Shown in pieces: positions 1-8,750 of a stretch of DNA of 22,650 nt; position 1 is the stretch's first letter, and each line of letters starts with the position of its first letter. The position numbers and the translations under genes are program-made. The DNA comes from a virus. Its lineage: Duplodnaviria > Heunggongvirae > Uroviricota > Caudoviricetes. The stretch covers positions 86,232 through 108,881 of IMG/VR virus record IMGVR_UViG_3300048924_000203; one strand, 5' to 3'. The notes below the pieces were generated by a model that had not been told where the DNA came from, did no database searches, and worked only from the letters and a program-made list of their open reading frames with translations.

Positions 1-3
1 GTC

Positions 4-453
4 ATGCACGTGAAAGCCATCGGCGCCGCGACCCTGGCAACCATCGCTATCGGTTCAGGGTGTGTCGGCTGTGGCACCTCGACACCACAATCGGTGACCA
101 CGACTACGACGACGTCACCGGCGGCCAACGAGTCCGCAGCCATACTGTCCGCCGTTGTCGATTGCGGCCAGGACGGTGCCGCTCAGGTACGCGTCGCCTA
201 CGGAAAATTCACCAAGACAACGCTGGTCAGCAGGGCACTCGCCGGGCACCGGCCTGATGCGTCCGCAGTGTTCTCCGAGAACTTCGGCGGCATCAATCCA
301 GCCACCAAGCCTTTCGATTTCATCATCACGACGATGCCGACCAGTGGCGTCTGCAAGACCACGCTGACGAACTACGTGAGTGGCAACGTCATTGGGCAAC
401 GGGAAACGGCAGGCGCCGCGACGCTTCGTGCCACTGTGATCGGGCAGGCATGA
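4..453 (+). CDS. Putative lipoprotein / exported protein (149 aa; alternative GTG start at 10)
   Basis: Basic N-terminus, hydrophobic stretch AIGAATLATIAIG, lipobox-like GSGC/CVGC, then Thr-rich linker STPQSVTTTTTTSPAA. Upstream context is cut off by the window edge. Confidence 0.65.
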   Translation: MHVKAIGAATLATIAIGSGCVGCGTSTPQSVTTTTTTSPAANESAAILSAVVDCGQDGAAQVRVAYGKFTKTTLVSRALAGHRPDASAVFSENFGGINPATKPFDFIITTMPTSGVCKTTLTNYVSGNVIGQRETAGAATLRATVIGQA

Positions 454-470
454 CTGTTTGACAGGTTGAT

Positions 471-490
471 GCAGGCCAGAAGCGGTCTGC
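471..490 (+). terminator. Possible hairpin after the lipoprotein gene
   Basis: GCAGGCC-agaagc-GGTCTGC stem (one G-T pair); no clear U tract. Confidence 0.25.
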
Positions 491-508
491 ACGTGTGGTT
501 TGCATGAT
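487..508 (+). promoter_or_regulatory. Candidate promoter element, copy 1 (CTGCAC-N10-CATGAT)
   Basis: CTGCAC 487-492, CATGAT 503-508, then 7 nt to ATG 516; no Shine-Dalgarno. The -10 begins with C rather than T. Confidence 0.45.
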
Positions 509-515
509 GCCCGGT

Positions 516-992
516 ATGACTGACAGCGCCTTGGACACCACTGCACCCTCCGCCGCCGATCCTGTAGCGGCCCCGGCCCCGGTAGACGCCGCTACCACCC
601 TTCCCAGCGATGCCCCGACTGCAGAACAGCCGGCCGAGGATCCCGTGGAGGCTGCTAAGCGGAAGACCACCGAAAAGTGGCTGGCGGCCGAGACGGCATG
701 GAAGACCGCGTTCGACAAGGACTGGAAGTACGAACGCTACGAGTTCCACGGCGACCTCCTTGCCGTCCGCATCCCCAAGCAGGGCGCCCTGCTGGCCGTC
801 TCGATGGGCGGCGCCAAGTACGGGTCCACGGACGGCGGGCTCGGTGCCATGAACCAGTTCTGCAATCTGCACCTCGGCCCGGAATCCCGGCAGCGAGTGC
901 TGGACCGGATGATGAACCCCGACGAGACCGCCTACGGCGACTCGCCGATGGGTGATCTGTTCACGGCTCTGGGCAAGCTCTCCCCGGAGTAG
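516..992 (+). CDS. Tail assembly chaperone-like protein (158 aa; ORF track start 495, alternatives 504/507)
   Basis: Lies immediately before the tape measure gene; acidic Pro/Ala-rich N-terminus; 15/55 ungapped identities to the 16021 protein. Confidence 0.75.
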   Translation: MTDSALDTTAPSAADPVAAPAPVDAATTLPSDAPTAEQPAEDPVEAAKRKTTEKWLAAETAWKTAFDKDWKYERYEFHGDLLAVRIPKQGALLAVSMGGAKYGSTDGGLGAMNQFCNLHLGPESRQRVLDRMMNPDETAYGDSPMGDLFTALGKLSPE

Positions 993-999
993 CCGGAGC

Positions 1000-1021
1000 C
1001 TGCACGGGCGGTTCATAGCCT
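1000..1021 (+). promoter_or_regulatory. Candidate promoter element, copy 2 (CTGCAC-N10-TAGCCT)
   Basis: CTGCAC 1000-1005, TAGCCT 1016-1021, then 6 nt to GTG 1028; no usable Shine-Dalgarno. Confidence 0.55.
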
Positions 1022-1027
1022 CACGGA

Positions 1028-4000
1028 GTGACGACCGCCGGGGCCATCAGAGTCGGCGTCGATATCGACGCAACCGGTCTCGGCGCCCGGCTCCACAGCG
1101 CCATCAGCTCCCAGCTCGCGCCCGTCATGGCGCAGCTGCGGTCACAGACCCAGGCCACCGGCAACGACTTCGGCAACCTCGCGCGCCGCACTGAGCTGTC
1201 CGCAACGCGCCAGGTCGTCGCGCTCCGCCGAGTCGAGCAGCAACTGCACAGTGTGCGCGACGCCGCGCTGCAGGCCCATGCCGCGCTGAACAGCCTGCAC
1301 GGCCCCGGGAACAACAGCGTCGGGCCGCTTGGCAACGGCGGCAACCTCACCATCAACCGGAACACCTACAACTACGACTACCGGAACTACTCGGTAACGA
1401 ACAACACCGTCAACAACTCGACCACCACGATCCACAACAACAGCGGCGGCGGTGGGGGCGGCGGCGGTGGTGGTGGAGGTGGCGGCGGGAACAACGGCAA
1501 CAACCGCCGCGGACTCTTCGGCGGCGGAGGCGTTGGCGGATTCCTCACTTCGCCAGGCGGCCTCGGTGTCCTCGGCCTCGGCGCCAATGCGCTCCCGGCC
1601 GCCACCCTCGCCGTCACCAACCTGCTCGGCGCCGTCCAGCAGCTCGTGCAAACCGGCTTCCTGCTGCCCGCAGCGTTCGGCGCTGCCGCCTCCTCGATAG
1701 GCACCGCGGTCATCGGCTTCAAGGGCATGGGCGAGGCCATCACGGCCATCAACAAGGGCATGGAGGAAGGCGCCAGCAAGGCCGACCTCAAGAAGATGGC
1801 CGCCGCGCTCAAGGACATGAACGGCAACGCGAAAGAGGTTGCCCTCACCGTCGCCACCGACGTGCTGCCCGCGTTCAAGAAGATCCAGCAGGACGTCGTC
1901 CAGCAGAACATGTTCGACGGCATCGCCGCCAGCATCACCACGCTGAAGGACAAGGCGATGCCGACGTTCGAGCGTGGGCTCGGCGGCATCGCCACGGCGT
2001 GGAACGACACCCTCAAGAAGGGCATGTCGGCCCTCGGCGATGACCAGAACCTGAGCCTGCTGGACCGGCTCTTCGGGAACACCGCGGAAGGCCAGAAGCG
2101 GGCCAACGCCGCCATCGCCCCGATCACGCACGCCATGGCTCAGCTAGCAGCCACCGGCAGCGAGTTCCTGCCACGGCTCGGCGACGCCATCGCGAAGGTG
2201 ATGACGCGGTTCGACAACTTCATCTCGAAGAACGCCGCGAACGGCAACCTCTGGCGCTGGATCGACGAGGGCCTCAACGGGATGCGTGCCCTCGGCAACA
2301 GCATCCTGAACATCGGGAAGATCTTCGCCGGCATCACGAAGGCCGCTGGCGGACTCACTGGCAGCCTGTCCGGGGACGGCGGATTCCTCGGCGGTATGGA
2401 GAAGCTCACCGGGCAGTGGGCTGACTTCATCAACAGCGCCGAAGGCCAGGAGAAGCTCGGCAACTTCTTCAAGGATGCGAAAGAGCGTCTCGGAGAATGG
2501 ATTCCGATTCTCGGCAACGTCGCCAAGGTGATCGGCGATGTCTTCGTAGGCCTGCAGCAGTGGGGCGATGTGCTGCTGCCGATCCTGTCGAAGGTGACGA
2601 GCGCGCTGTCGTCGATGCCGGGTCTGATCACGGCCGCGGTCACGGCGTTCGCCGGGTTCAAGACGCTGGGATGGCTCGCAGGATTACTCGGTGTGGGCGG
2701 CGGCGCGGGCGCTGGCGCTGGTGCTGGCGCTGCAGGTGGGCTGCTCGGCCTCCTCAGAGGACCACTGGGTGTAGGACTGGCCGGTGCTGGTCTCTTCACT
2801 GGCGGTGTCATGTCGTCGGCAGGTCCGGATGGTCCGGGCTGGGGATCGAGCCTGTCGACGATCGGCGGCGGCGCGCTGTTGGGCGGAGCGATCGGATCCG
2901 TAATCCCGGTGGTCGGTACCGCACTGGGCGCCGCGATCGGCGCCGGCGCCGGCGCCATCACTGTCGGCGTCCAGGCGCTCGTCGCGTCGATGGGCAATGT
3001 CGACAAGCCGCTGAACGACCTCACCGACAGCATCAGGGCCGCTGCCGCTGAGAACTGGAAGAACATCAAGAACCAGACCGGTCTGCAGGATGACCCGACT
3101 CCTGGCGTGAATCCTGGCCAGTCGTTCACCGGGCCGCGTCCGGTCGATGCGTTCGTGGTGACCGATCCCAACACGGGTCTTCCGGTTCCGATTGACCCCA
3201 ACAAGCCGAACGACCTCGGACGGTTGGGCCTGGGAGTCATCGACAACCCGCTGTCACGAACGGGTATCCCTGGGTGGGATTCGGGTTTCCCTGTCGACAA
3301 GGACGGGCGGCCCCTTGTCCGCACCGACAACACGGGACGGCCCCAGCCGAACGGCGGCCAAGACTTCACTGGCGGATTCGCGCCTGTCCCGACACCGTCG
3401 AACCCGTGGCCCGTGGCGGTCGTCAACGACCCGATGTCCGGCATCAACACTCCCGGATTGCCCGGGAACACGCTGGCGCCGAAGGACCTGGGCTCGCTGC
3501 TCGGCGGCGAAGCTCCGCCGACGCTGACCCCGAATCCAGCTGGCCCGGGACCGGCGTATCAGGCGACCCCGGCGACACCACCGCTGGCGCAGGGTCCGGG
3601 GTTGCCGAACAACTGGCCAGGTGGGGGAGGACCGCAGGCGCCGCTGCCTCCGGTCAAGGCCGACACCACGGCCGCGCAGGGCGATATCGACAAGCTCGCC
3701 ACGTCGATTCAGGGGCTCCCCAAGGGCGAGGTGGCGATCAAGTCTGACGACATCCCCAGGGTTAAGACGGACCTCGACAAGCTGAACACGCAGATCACGG
3801 ACGTCTCGAAGAACCAGATCATCGTCAAGGCCAACGATGACCAGGCCAAGACGGTGCTCGACAACCTGATCCAGTCGTATCAGGGCCGGTCGATCACGCT
3901 GAACGTCAACGCCGGTGGTGCCCCGGGCGTCCCCGCGGCACCAGGGCACGCCAACGGCGGAATCGTTCGTCGTGGATTCGACCAGGGTGGCTGGTACAGC

Positions 4001-7000
4001 GACGAGTGGCGGCGACGTCACGGGCTCGCCGGCGGAAACTTCAACCCCGGCGTGGCCATCGACACGTCTGGCACGATCGCTACAAATCAGCTGGTCGGCG
4101 GACTGATCGGCGATATGGGCGCCCCAGCGATCGACTACAACGACTACCTGGGCCTGGTCCAGGACAGCTACGGGCCGAACCCGTCGCAGTGGCGGATCAA
4201 CCAACCACACGGGGTACTACCCGGCTACTCGCCTGGCGTGGACAACCTGATGGTGCCGATGAGCGGCGGCGAAGGCGTCATCATCCCCGAGGCCATGAGG
4301 GCTCTGGGGCCGGACTGGTTGTACCGGCTGAACAGCCGCTTCCGCCCGGGTATCAGCCGATCTGGCTACGCGACCGGTGGCGTGGTCGGCGCCGACGGTG
4401 TACTCGGCGCACCCGACGACAGTGTGATCGGGCTGCTGACCCAGATCCGTGACTCCATCCAGGGCAAGGGCGGCGGCGCTTTGGCGACGACCGCGGACAA
4501 CACCACGACAATGGCGCAGGCGTTGGGCCCGAAGGCGAAGCCGTTCGGCGGGGACATCGGGAAGGGCGCGCTGGCCGGCGCCATCAAGGCACTCGGCGGG
4601 GACCCGAACCAGATGGACTGGGGAGGCTTCAACGGCGACGGCCAGCTCCTTGTCCCGAAGGGCATGACCGCTGGTGCTGGCGGCCAGCTGCTCGGCGGAG
4701 GCGGCAACCTGCCCATGCTGGCGCAGGTGCTGTCAGCGTTCGCCCGCTCCGGCAACGTCGGCGACCTCACCGGCTCCGGTCTGAACGTCAACAGCCCGGT
4801 CGTCACGGCGATCACGTCGGCCCGCAACAAGAAGACGGGCTTGGGCGACGACGCAATCGCCGGACTGGTACAGCAGGTGCTCACCGGTGGCGGCTACACC
4901 GGCGTGCTGGACTCGACGAACACCCCGCTGGTGAAGTCGTTGACACGGTTCCAACAGCAGCAGCTCACCGGCAAGGGTGGCGCGGTCGCCATGCCCGCAG
5001 GCGGGTTCGACGCTGCGCTGCTGTCTCAGGTACGGCCCGGCCAGTACTCCCAGACCGGCGCCGCCGACCTCACGAAGGGCCTCGCCGACTGCTCGTCCTC
5101 GGTTGAGGACCTCGTCAACCTCATGGACGGGATGCCCACCGGCGGCCGGGAGATGTCGACGGGCAACGCCTCCCAGTGGCTCACCAGCCGCGGCTTCGTG
5201 CCAACTGACGGTGTCGTTCCCGGCGCGATGAACGTCGCCTTCAACAGCGGCCATATGCAGGCCACCCTGCCCGACGGGACGCCGTTCAACTGGGGATCGG
5301 ACGCCGCGGCGGCACGGGGCGGCGTCGGCGGCAGCGGCGCCTTCGACCCAGCCTTGAACCAGCGGTTCTACCGGCCTGTCACCGGGATGCCGCTCGGTGC
5401 CGGACTCAGCGCTGGCATGGGAGCCAGCCCGCTGGGCTACTCCGGTGGTGGCCCGGTCCCGGTGTATATCGTCGACGGCCCGGGCGCCGGCGGGTTCGGG
5501 CAGCAGCTCGGCGGCCAACTGCTCGGCGACGCGCTCTCCGCGGCCGCACCGGCGGTCTCGGATGCTGCGGGCTCGATCATCACCGGCATCGACCAGGGCA
5601 CCCAGCTCGCACGCGACAGCACGAAGGACCGCCCTGCCGTGCGGACCGGCACGCTGATGAAGGAAGGCAACCCGCTCTCCGTCGCGGCGCTTGCCGGGTA
5701 CACGGTGCCGGACTTCACCCGCCAAGGCTGGAACGGGCAGGTGATGACCAACAGCGGTCCGGGCTTCAACGCCGGCGGGCAGATGATGTCCGACACCGCG
5801 TCGCTGATCATGCGAACCTTCACCGACACTCAGGCCGCGGCCGACGCCCGCCAGCAGCAGATGCTGTCCGTCCTGGACCAGATCAAGACGCAGCTGTCGG
5901 AGTCGGTGCTGAAGCCGATCATCCAATCGGCGGTCCAGTCGGCGATGGCGGCAGCCGGGCAGGCCGCACAGCAGGGCACCTCCGGCGGTGGGGGAGCGAT
6001 CCCCGGCCTCGCTGACGGCGGCGCGATCTGGGGCGGCACCCCGGGCGTCGACTCGGTGCCTCTGATGGGCATGCCCGGCGAGCACATGCTGACCACGAGG
6101 GATGTGTCGGCGATGGGCGGCCAGCGCGGCGTGTACGCCTTCCGGCAGGCGCTGCACCGCAACGGCGGGCTGCGGGGCTTCGCCGGTGGCGGCGGCATCG
6201 GCAACGACACTGTCGGCGCCGACTTCTTCGGTGTCTCTCAGGTGCCGGTCATCGGCGACATCATCAACCTGATCATGAAGATCCTGCTCAAGGTCATCGG
6301 CGTCGAGATCCAGGTGCGGGACACGATGAACCGGATGTCGGATGACTTCCGCCAGTTCCGCGGCGACTTCAAGGCATTCGACGCCAGCGGCCGGTTGATG
6401 AACGACACCAGCGGCCTGGTCGACCGGTCCGGGTCCAGCGAGGAAACCGTTGTGGCGGAGCGGGTCCGCATCTTCAAGCAGGTGCTCGAAGGTTTGGTCA
6501 AGTTCATCATTCAGAAGATCGTCATCCCCATCACGCAGGCGATCGCGTCGTCGCTGCTGCAGGCCGGCGCATCGGCGGCGGGCGGCGCGGCCGCCGGCGG
6601 CATCAACACGGTCGCCCCGGGAGCCGGTGGCATCGCGGGAAGCCTGATCACCAGCCTGATTTCGTCGGGCGGGCAGGCAGGCATCAACATCGGCGGCGAG
6701 ATCGCACAGATGATCGCCGGCGCCGCGACGGGACCGATCGTCGGCCTGCTGACAGACGGGTTCATGGGCATCTTCGGCAAGCTGCTGAACCCGATCCTGA
6801 CCGGCGGCATCGGCGGCCTGCTCAGCGCGTTCTTCCCGTTCCTTGCGTTCGATGACGGCGGCATGGCCAACGGCGTGGGCCTGTTGCCGAAGGCCACCGT
6901 CGAGCCGGAGCGGGTGCTGTCACCCCGGCAGACGAGCCTGTTCGAGGAGATGGTGCGCGCGAACTTCGGCGCCAGCGCCGCCAGCAGCAAGTCGGTCAGC

Positions 7001-7078
7001 GTCGGCAAGATCGTCATGCAGGGGACACAGGCCACTCCGGAGGCTGTGCGCCAAAGCATTCTGGACCTTCTGGAATGA
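1028..7078 (+). CDS. Tape measure protein (2016 aa)
   Basis: Longest ORF, Ala/Gly-rich, located between chaperone and minor tail genes; repeated G-[FYHL]-A-x-G-G motifs; DCSS...GH peptidase-like segment; C-terminal PERVLSPRQT motif typical of actinophage TMPs. Confidence 0.95.
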   Translation: MTTAGAIRVGVDIDATGLGARLHSAISSQLAPVMAQLRSQTQATGNDFGNLARRTELSATRQVVALRRVEQQLHSVRDAALQAHAALNSLHGPGNNSVGPLGNGGNLTINRNTYNYDYRNYSVTNNTVNNSTTTIHNNSGGGGGGGGGGGGGGGNNGNNRRGLFGGGGVGGFLTSPGGLGVLGLGANALPAATLAVTNLLGAVQQLVQTGFLLPAAFGAAASSIGTAVIGFKGMGEAITAINKGMEEGASKADLKKMAAALKDMNGNAKEVALTVATDVLPAFKKIQQDVVQQNMFDGIAASITTLKDKAMPTFERGLGGIATAWNDTLKKGMSALGDDQNLSLLDRLFGNTAEGQKRANAAIAPITHAMAQLAATGSEFLPRLGDAIAKVMTRFDNFISKNAANGNLWRWIDEGLNGMRALGNSILNIGKIFAGITKAAGGLTGSLSGDGGFLGGMEKLTGQWADFINSAEGQEKLGNFFKDAKERLGEWIPILGNVAKVIGDVFVGLQQWGDVLLPILSKVTSALSSMPGLITAAVTAFAGFKTLGWLAGLLGVGGGAGAGAGAGAAGGLLGLLRGPLGVGLAGAGLFTGGVMSSAGPDGPGWGSSLSTIGGGALLGGAIGSVIPVVGTALGAAIGAGAGAITVGVQALVASMGNVDKPLNDLTDSIRAAAAENWKNIKNQTGLQDDPTPGVNPGQSFTGPRPVDAFVVTDPNTGLPVPIDPNKPNDLGRLGLGVIDNPLSRTGIPGWDSGFPVDKDGRPLVRTDNTGRPQPNGGQDFTGGFAPVPTPSNPWPVAVVNDPMSGINTPGLPGNTLAPKDLGSLLGGEAPPTLTPNPAGPGPAYQATPATPPLAQGPGLPNNWPGGGGPQAPLPPVKADTTAAQGDIDKLATSIQGLPKGEVAIKSDDIPRVKTDLDKLNTQITDVSKNQIIVKANDDQAKTVLDNLIQSYQGRSITLNVNAGGAPGVPAAPGHANGGIVRRGFDQGGWYSDEWRRRHGLAGGNFNPGVAIDTSGTIATNQLVGGLIGDMGAPAIDYNDYLGLVQDSYGPNPSQWRINQPHGVLPGYSPGVDNLMVPMSGGEGVIIPEAMRALGPDWLYRLNSRFRPGISRSGYATGGVVGADGVLGAPDDSVIGLLTQIRDSIQGKGGGALATTADNTTTMAQALGPKAKPFGGDIGKGALAGAIKALGGDPNQMDWGGFNGDGQLLVPKGMTAGAGGQLLGGGGNLPMLAQVLSAFARSGNVGDLTGSGLNVNSPVVTAITSARNKKTGLGDDAIAGLVQQVLTGGGYTGVLDSTNTPLVKSLTRFQQQQLTGKGGAVAMPAGGFDAALLSQVRPGQYSQTGAADLTKGLADCSSSVEDLVNLMDGMPTGGREMSTGNASQWLTSRGFVPTDGVVPGAMNVAFNSGHMQATLPDGTPFNWGSDAAAARGGVGGSGAFDPALNQRFYRPVTGMPLGAGLSAGMGASPLGYSGGGPVPVYIVDGPGAGGFGQQLGGQLLGDALSAAAPAVSDAAGSIITGIDQGTQLARDSTKDRPAVRTGTLMKEGNPLSVAALAGYTVPDFTRQGWNGQVMTNSGPGFNAGGQMMSDTASLIMRTFTDTQAAADARQQQMLSVLDQIKTQLSESVLKPIIQSAVQSAMAAAGQAAQQGTSGGGGAIPGLADGGAIWGGTPGVDSVPLMGMPGEHMLTTRDVSAMGGQRGVYAFRQALHRNGGLRGFAGGGGIGNDTVGADFFGVSQVPVIGDIINLIMKILLKVIGVEIQVRDTMNRMSDDFRQFRGDFKAFDASGRLMNDTSGLVDRSGSSEETVVAERVRIFKQVLEGLVKFIIQKIVIPITQAIASSLLQAGASAAGGAAAGGINTVAPGAGGIAGSLITSLISSGGQAGINIGGEIAQMIAGAATGPIVGLLTDGFMGIFGKLLNPILTGGIGGLLSAFFPFLAFDDGGMANGVGLLPKATVEPERVLSPRQTSLFEEMVRANFGASAASSKSVSVGKIVMQGTQATPEAVRQSILDLLE

Positions 7079-7094
7079 AAGGGGGCTCGACACA

Positions 7095-8750
7095 ATGACT
7101 TTCAGAGGCTACTTCGCGCTGAACGGCACCGAACTCGTCAACAGCAGCCGCGTCGTCGGGCACCTCGGCCACGACATACCCACCAACGACCTCGGCATCA
7201 TCACCGGAATCCCGCCTGAGCCGCTGCTCATCGAGTCGCCCCCCGGCAGCGGCTTGTACCTGCCGGGCAACGGGCACCCCGAAGACCCGCCCGGCTCCGG
7301 CCTGTTCGACCCCGGAGTACTCGAGGAATGGATCAGCCCCGGCCTCTACCCGGGTGGCGACACATATCCCGGTTCGGGTACCTACCCGGGCGTCGGTGAC
7401 AGCGGTTTGTACCTCGTGGTGCCCTCGGGTGCATTCGAGTGTCAGCTTGTGCCGGCCGCCGGGCACGGCCCCGGCCTGTTCGAGATGCCGTCGACAGCGG
7501 AACCCATTGCGCCCGGTCTGTATTGGCCGCCCGACGGCTCCCGCCGCTGGGGCAACGCCATGCTCCTCGTCGGCGACATGTGCTGGCAGGAAGCCGAGCA
7601 ATGCAACGGCTGCTCTCGCGCCGTCGAGTACGACGACTCATGGACCGGGCTACACGACTTCCTCGGTGACACCATCTACCGCACCGAGCTGGCCCCCTGG
7701 TACTCGACGCGGCAGCCGGAATCCACTGAGTTCACGGGTATTTGGGTCACCAAGGTCGACGGGCTCGACACCGTGAAGGTGGACCGGCCCATCACACAGA
7801 TGATCGGGTCCGGCGGCTCCGCGGGTCCGCATCGTGACGCGACCCGCACCGTCAAGTTCGAGGCATACCTGCTGGCATGCTCCAACGCCGGCCTGGCGTA
7901 CGGACTGAAGTGGCTGACGTGCCGCCTGCGGGAGACGAACGACAACACCGACAGCGTGTTGCGGTTCCTCACCGCGCACCCCGACAACACGGCGCAGACC
8001 GCCGACACCATGGTCCGTGAAGCCCACGGAGTCGTGCTGACGAGCGGTCCGGACGTCACGAACCAGTGGGCGCCGTCGACCAAGTCGAACCAGCAGGCGA
8101 CCATCTACGAGGTCTCGTGGGAGATGGCGGTTACGAGCCCATACGTGTACCTGCCTCCGATCAATCTTCCGGTCGAATGGGATGTCATCGAGTCGAAGCC
8201 GATCAACTGGGTGCACGGCGCCGACTGTGCGGAGCCGGAGAACTGCGACCCGATGCCGGTCTTGTTCTCCGCCGACTGTGTCCCCGAAGTCATCGAGGTC
8301 ATCTCGTCGCCTCCGCCTGTGTGCGGTGGCTGTATGCCGGTGTGCGCCATCGAGAAGTACACATACCGGGTACCGACGATGGACTTCCCGCTGGCGTGCC
8401 ACGAGACCGCGGTGAACATGAAGATCACCAACCACGGCCTCGATCCGCTGACCGTGCAGGCGTACTGGCGTGTGTGCCAGACCGACATCCGGTGCGAGGA
8501 CAATCGGTGGCCGGTGCAGATCGCGGCGCTGCCGCATAACGCGACGATCGAGCTTGACGCCGTATCGGGCCGGTACTGGGGATGGTTCAAGGGCCGCAAG
8601 CACATTGCGCGCGGCATCGTCAGAACTCCGACCGGCGCGCCATGGCAGCCGACCATCCTCGACCGGGCGCAATGCTGGGAGTTCGTGGTCATCGCCCCGG
8701 GTGACGCCGATTTCTCAGTGGCGATGCAGCTGGTGGACCGCGAGCCATGA
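7095..8750 (+). CDS. Minor tail protein (distal tail-like), Cys-rich, 551 aa
   Basis: First gene after the TMP; SD AAAGGGGG before ATG 7095 (track start 6843 overlaps the TMP); 16 Cys. Confidence 0.8.
   Translation: MTFRGYFALNGTELVNSSRVVGHLGHDIPTNDLGIITGIPPEPLLIESPPGSGLYLPGNGHPEDPPGSGLFDPGVLEEWISPGLYPGGDTYPGSGTYPGVGDSGLYLVVPSGAFECQLVPAAGHGPGLFEMPSTAEPIAPGLYWPPDGSRRWGNAMLLVGDMCWQEAEQCNGCSRAVEYDDSWTGLHDFLGDTIYRTELAPWYSTRQPESTEFTGIWVTKVDGLDTVKVDRPITQMIGSGGSAGPHRDATRTVKFEAYLLACSNAGLAYGLKWLTCRLRETNDNTDSVLRFLTAHPDNTAQTADTMVREAHGVVLTSGPDVTNQWAPSTKSNQQATIYEVSWEMAVTSPYVYLPPINLPVEWDVIESKPINWVHGADCAEPENCDPMPVLFSADCVPEVIEVISSPPPVCGGCMPVCAIEKYTYRVPTMDFPLACHETAVNMKITNHGLDPLTVQAYWRVCQTDIRCEDNRWPVQIAALPHNATIELDAVSGRYWGWFKGRKHIARGIVRTPTGAPWQPTILDRAQCWEFVVIAPGDADFSVAMQLVDREP

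Noticed and set aside
458-486. Perfect TTGACA -35 hexamer after the lipoprotein gene
   Set aside because: No TANNNT 16-18 nt downstream (AAGCGG/AGCGGT/GCGGTC), and it is 39 nt from the CATGAT hexamer.
487-504. Resemblance of TGCACG...TTGCA to a sigma54 -24/-12 promoter
   Set aside because: Lacks the invariant GG at -24, the other three copies lack TTGC, and mycobacteria are not known to encode sigma54.
960-1030. Classical G/GT frameshift in the chaperone gene before the TMP
   Set aside because: No slippery heptamer, and no room for a second ORF: the TMP starts 35 nt after the stop.
1300-1560. PE_PGRS-like host gene (GGN-rich)
   Set aside because: No PE domain; the segment is in frame inside the tape measure gene.
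1142-6157. Long antisense and off-frame ORFs over the TMP and other genes (e.g. 2140-3471, 4733-6157, 8105-9553, 18283-19413)
   Set aside because: Expected shadows of high-GC codon usage; low-complexity or Arg/Pro-rich translations fully overlapping well-supported genes.
6843-7094. Extended starts from the ORF track (6843, 10792, 11361, 13581, 14663, 16799, 19475, 20088, 21217, 21274)
   Set aside because: Most overlap upstream genes extensively; downstream starts with SD, 1-4 nt coupling or a properly spaced -10 fit better.
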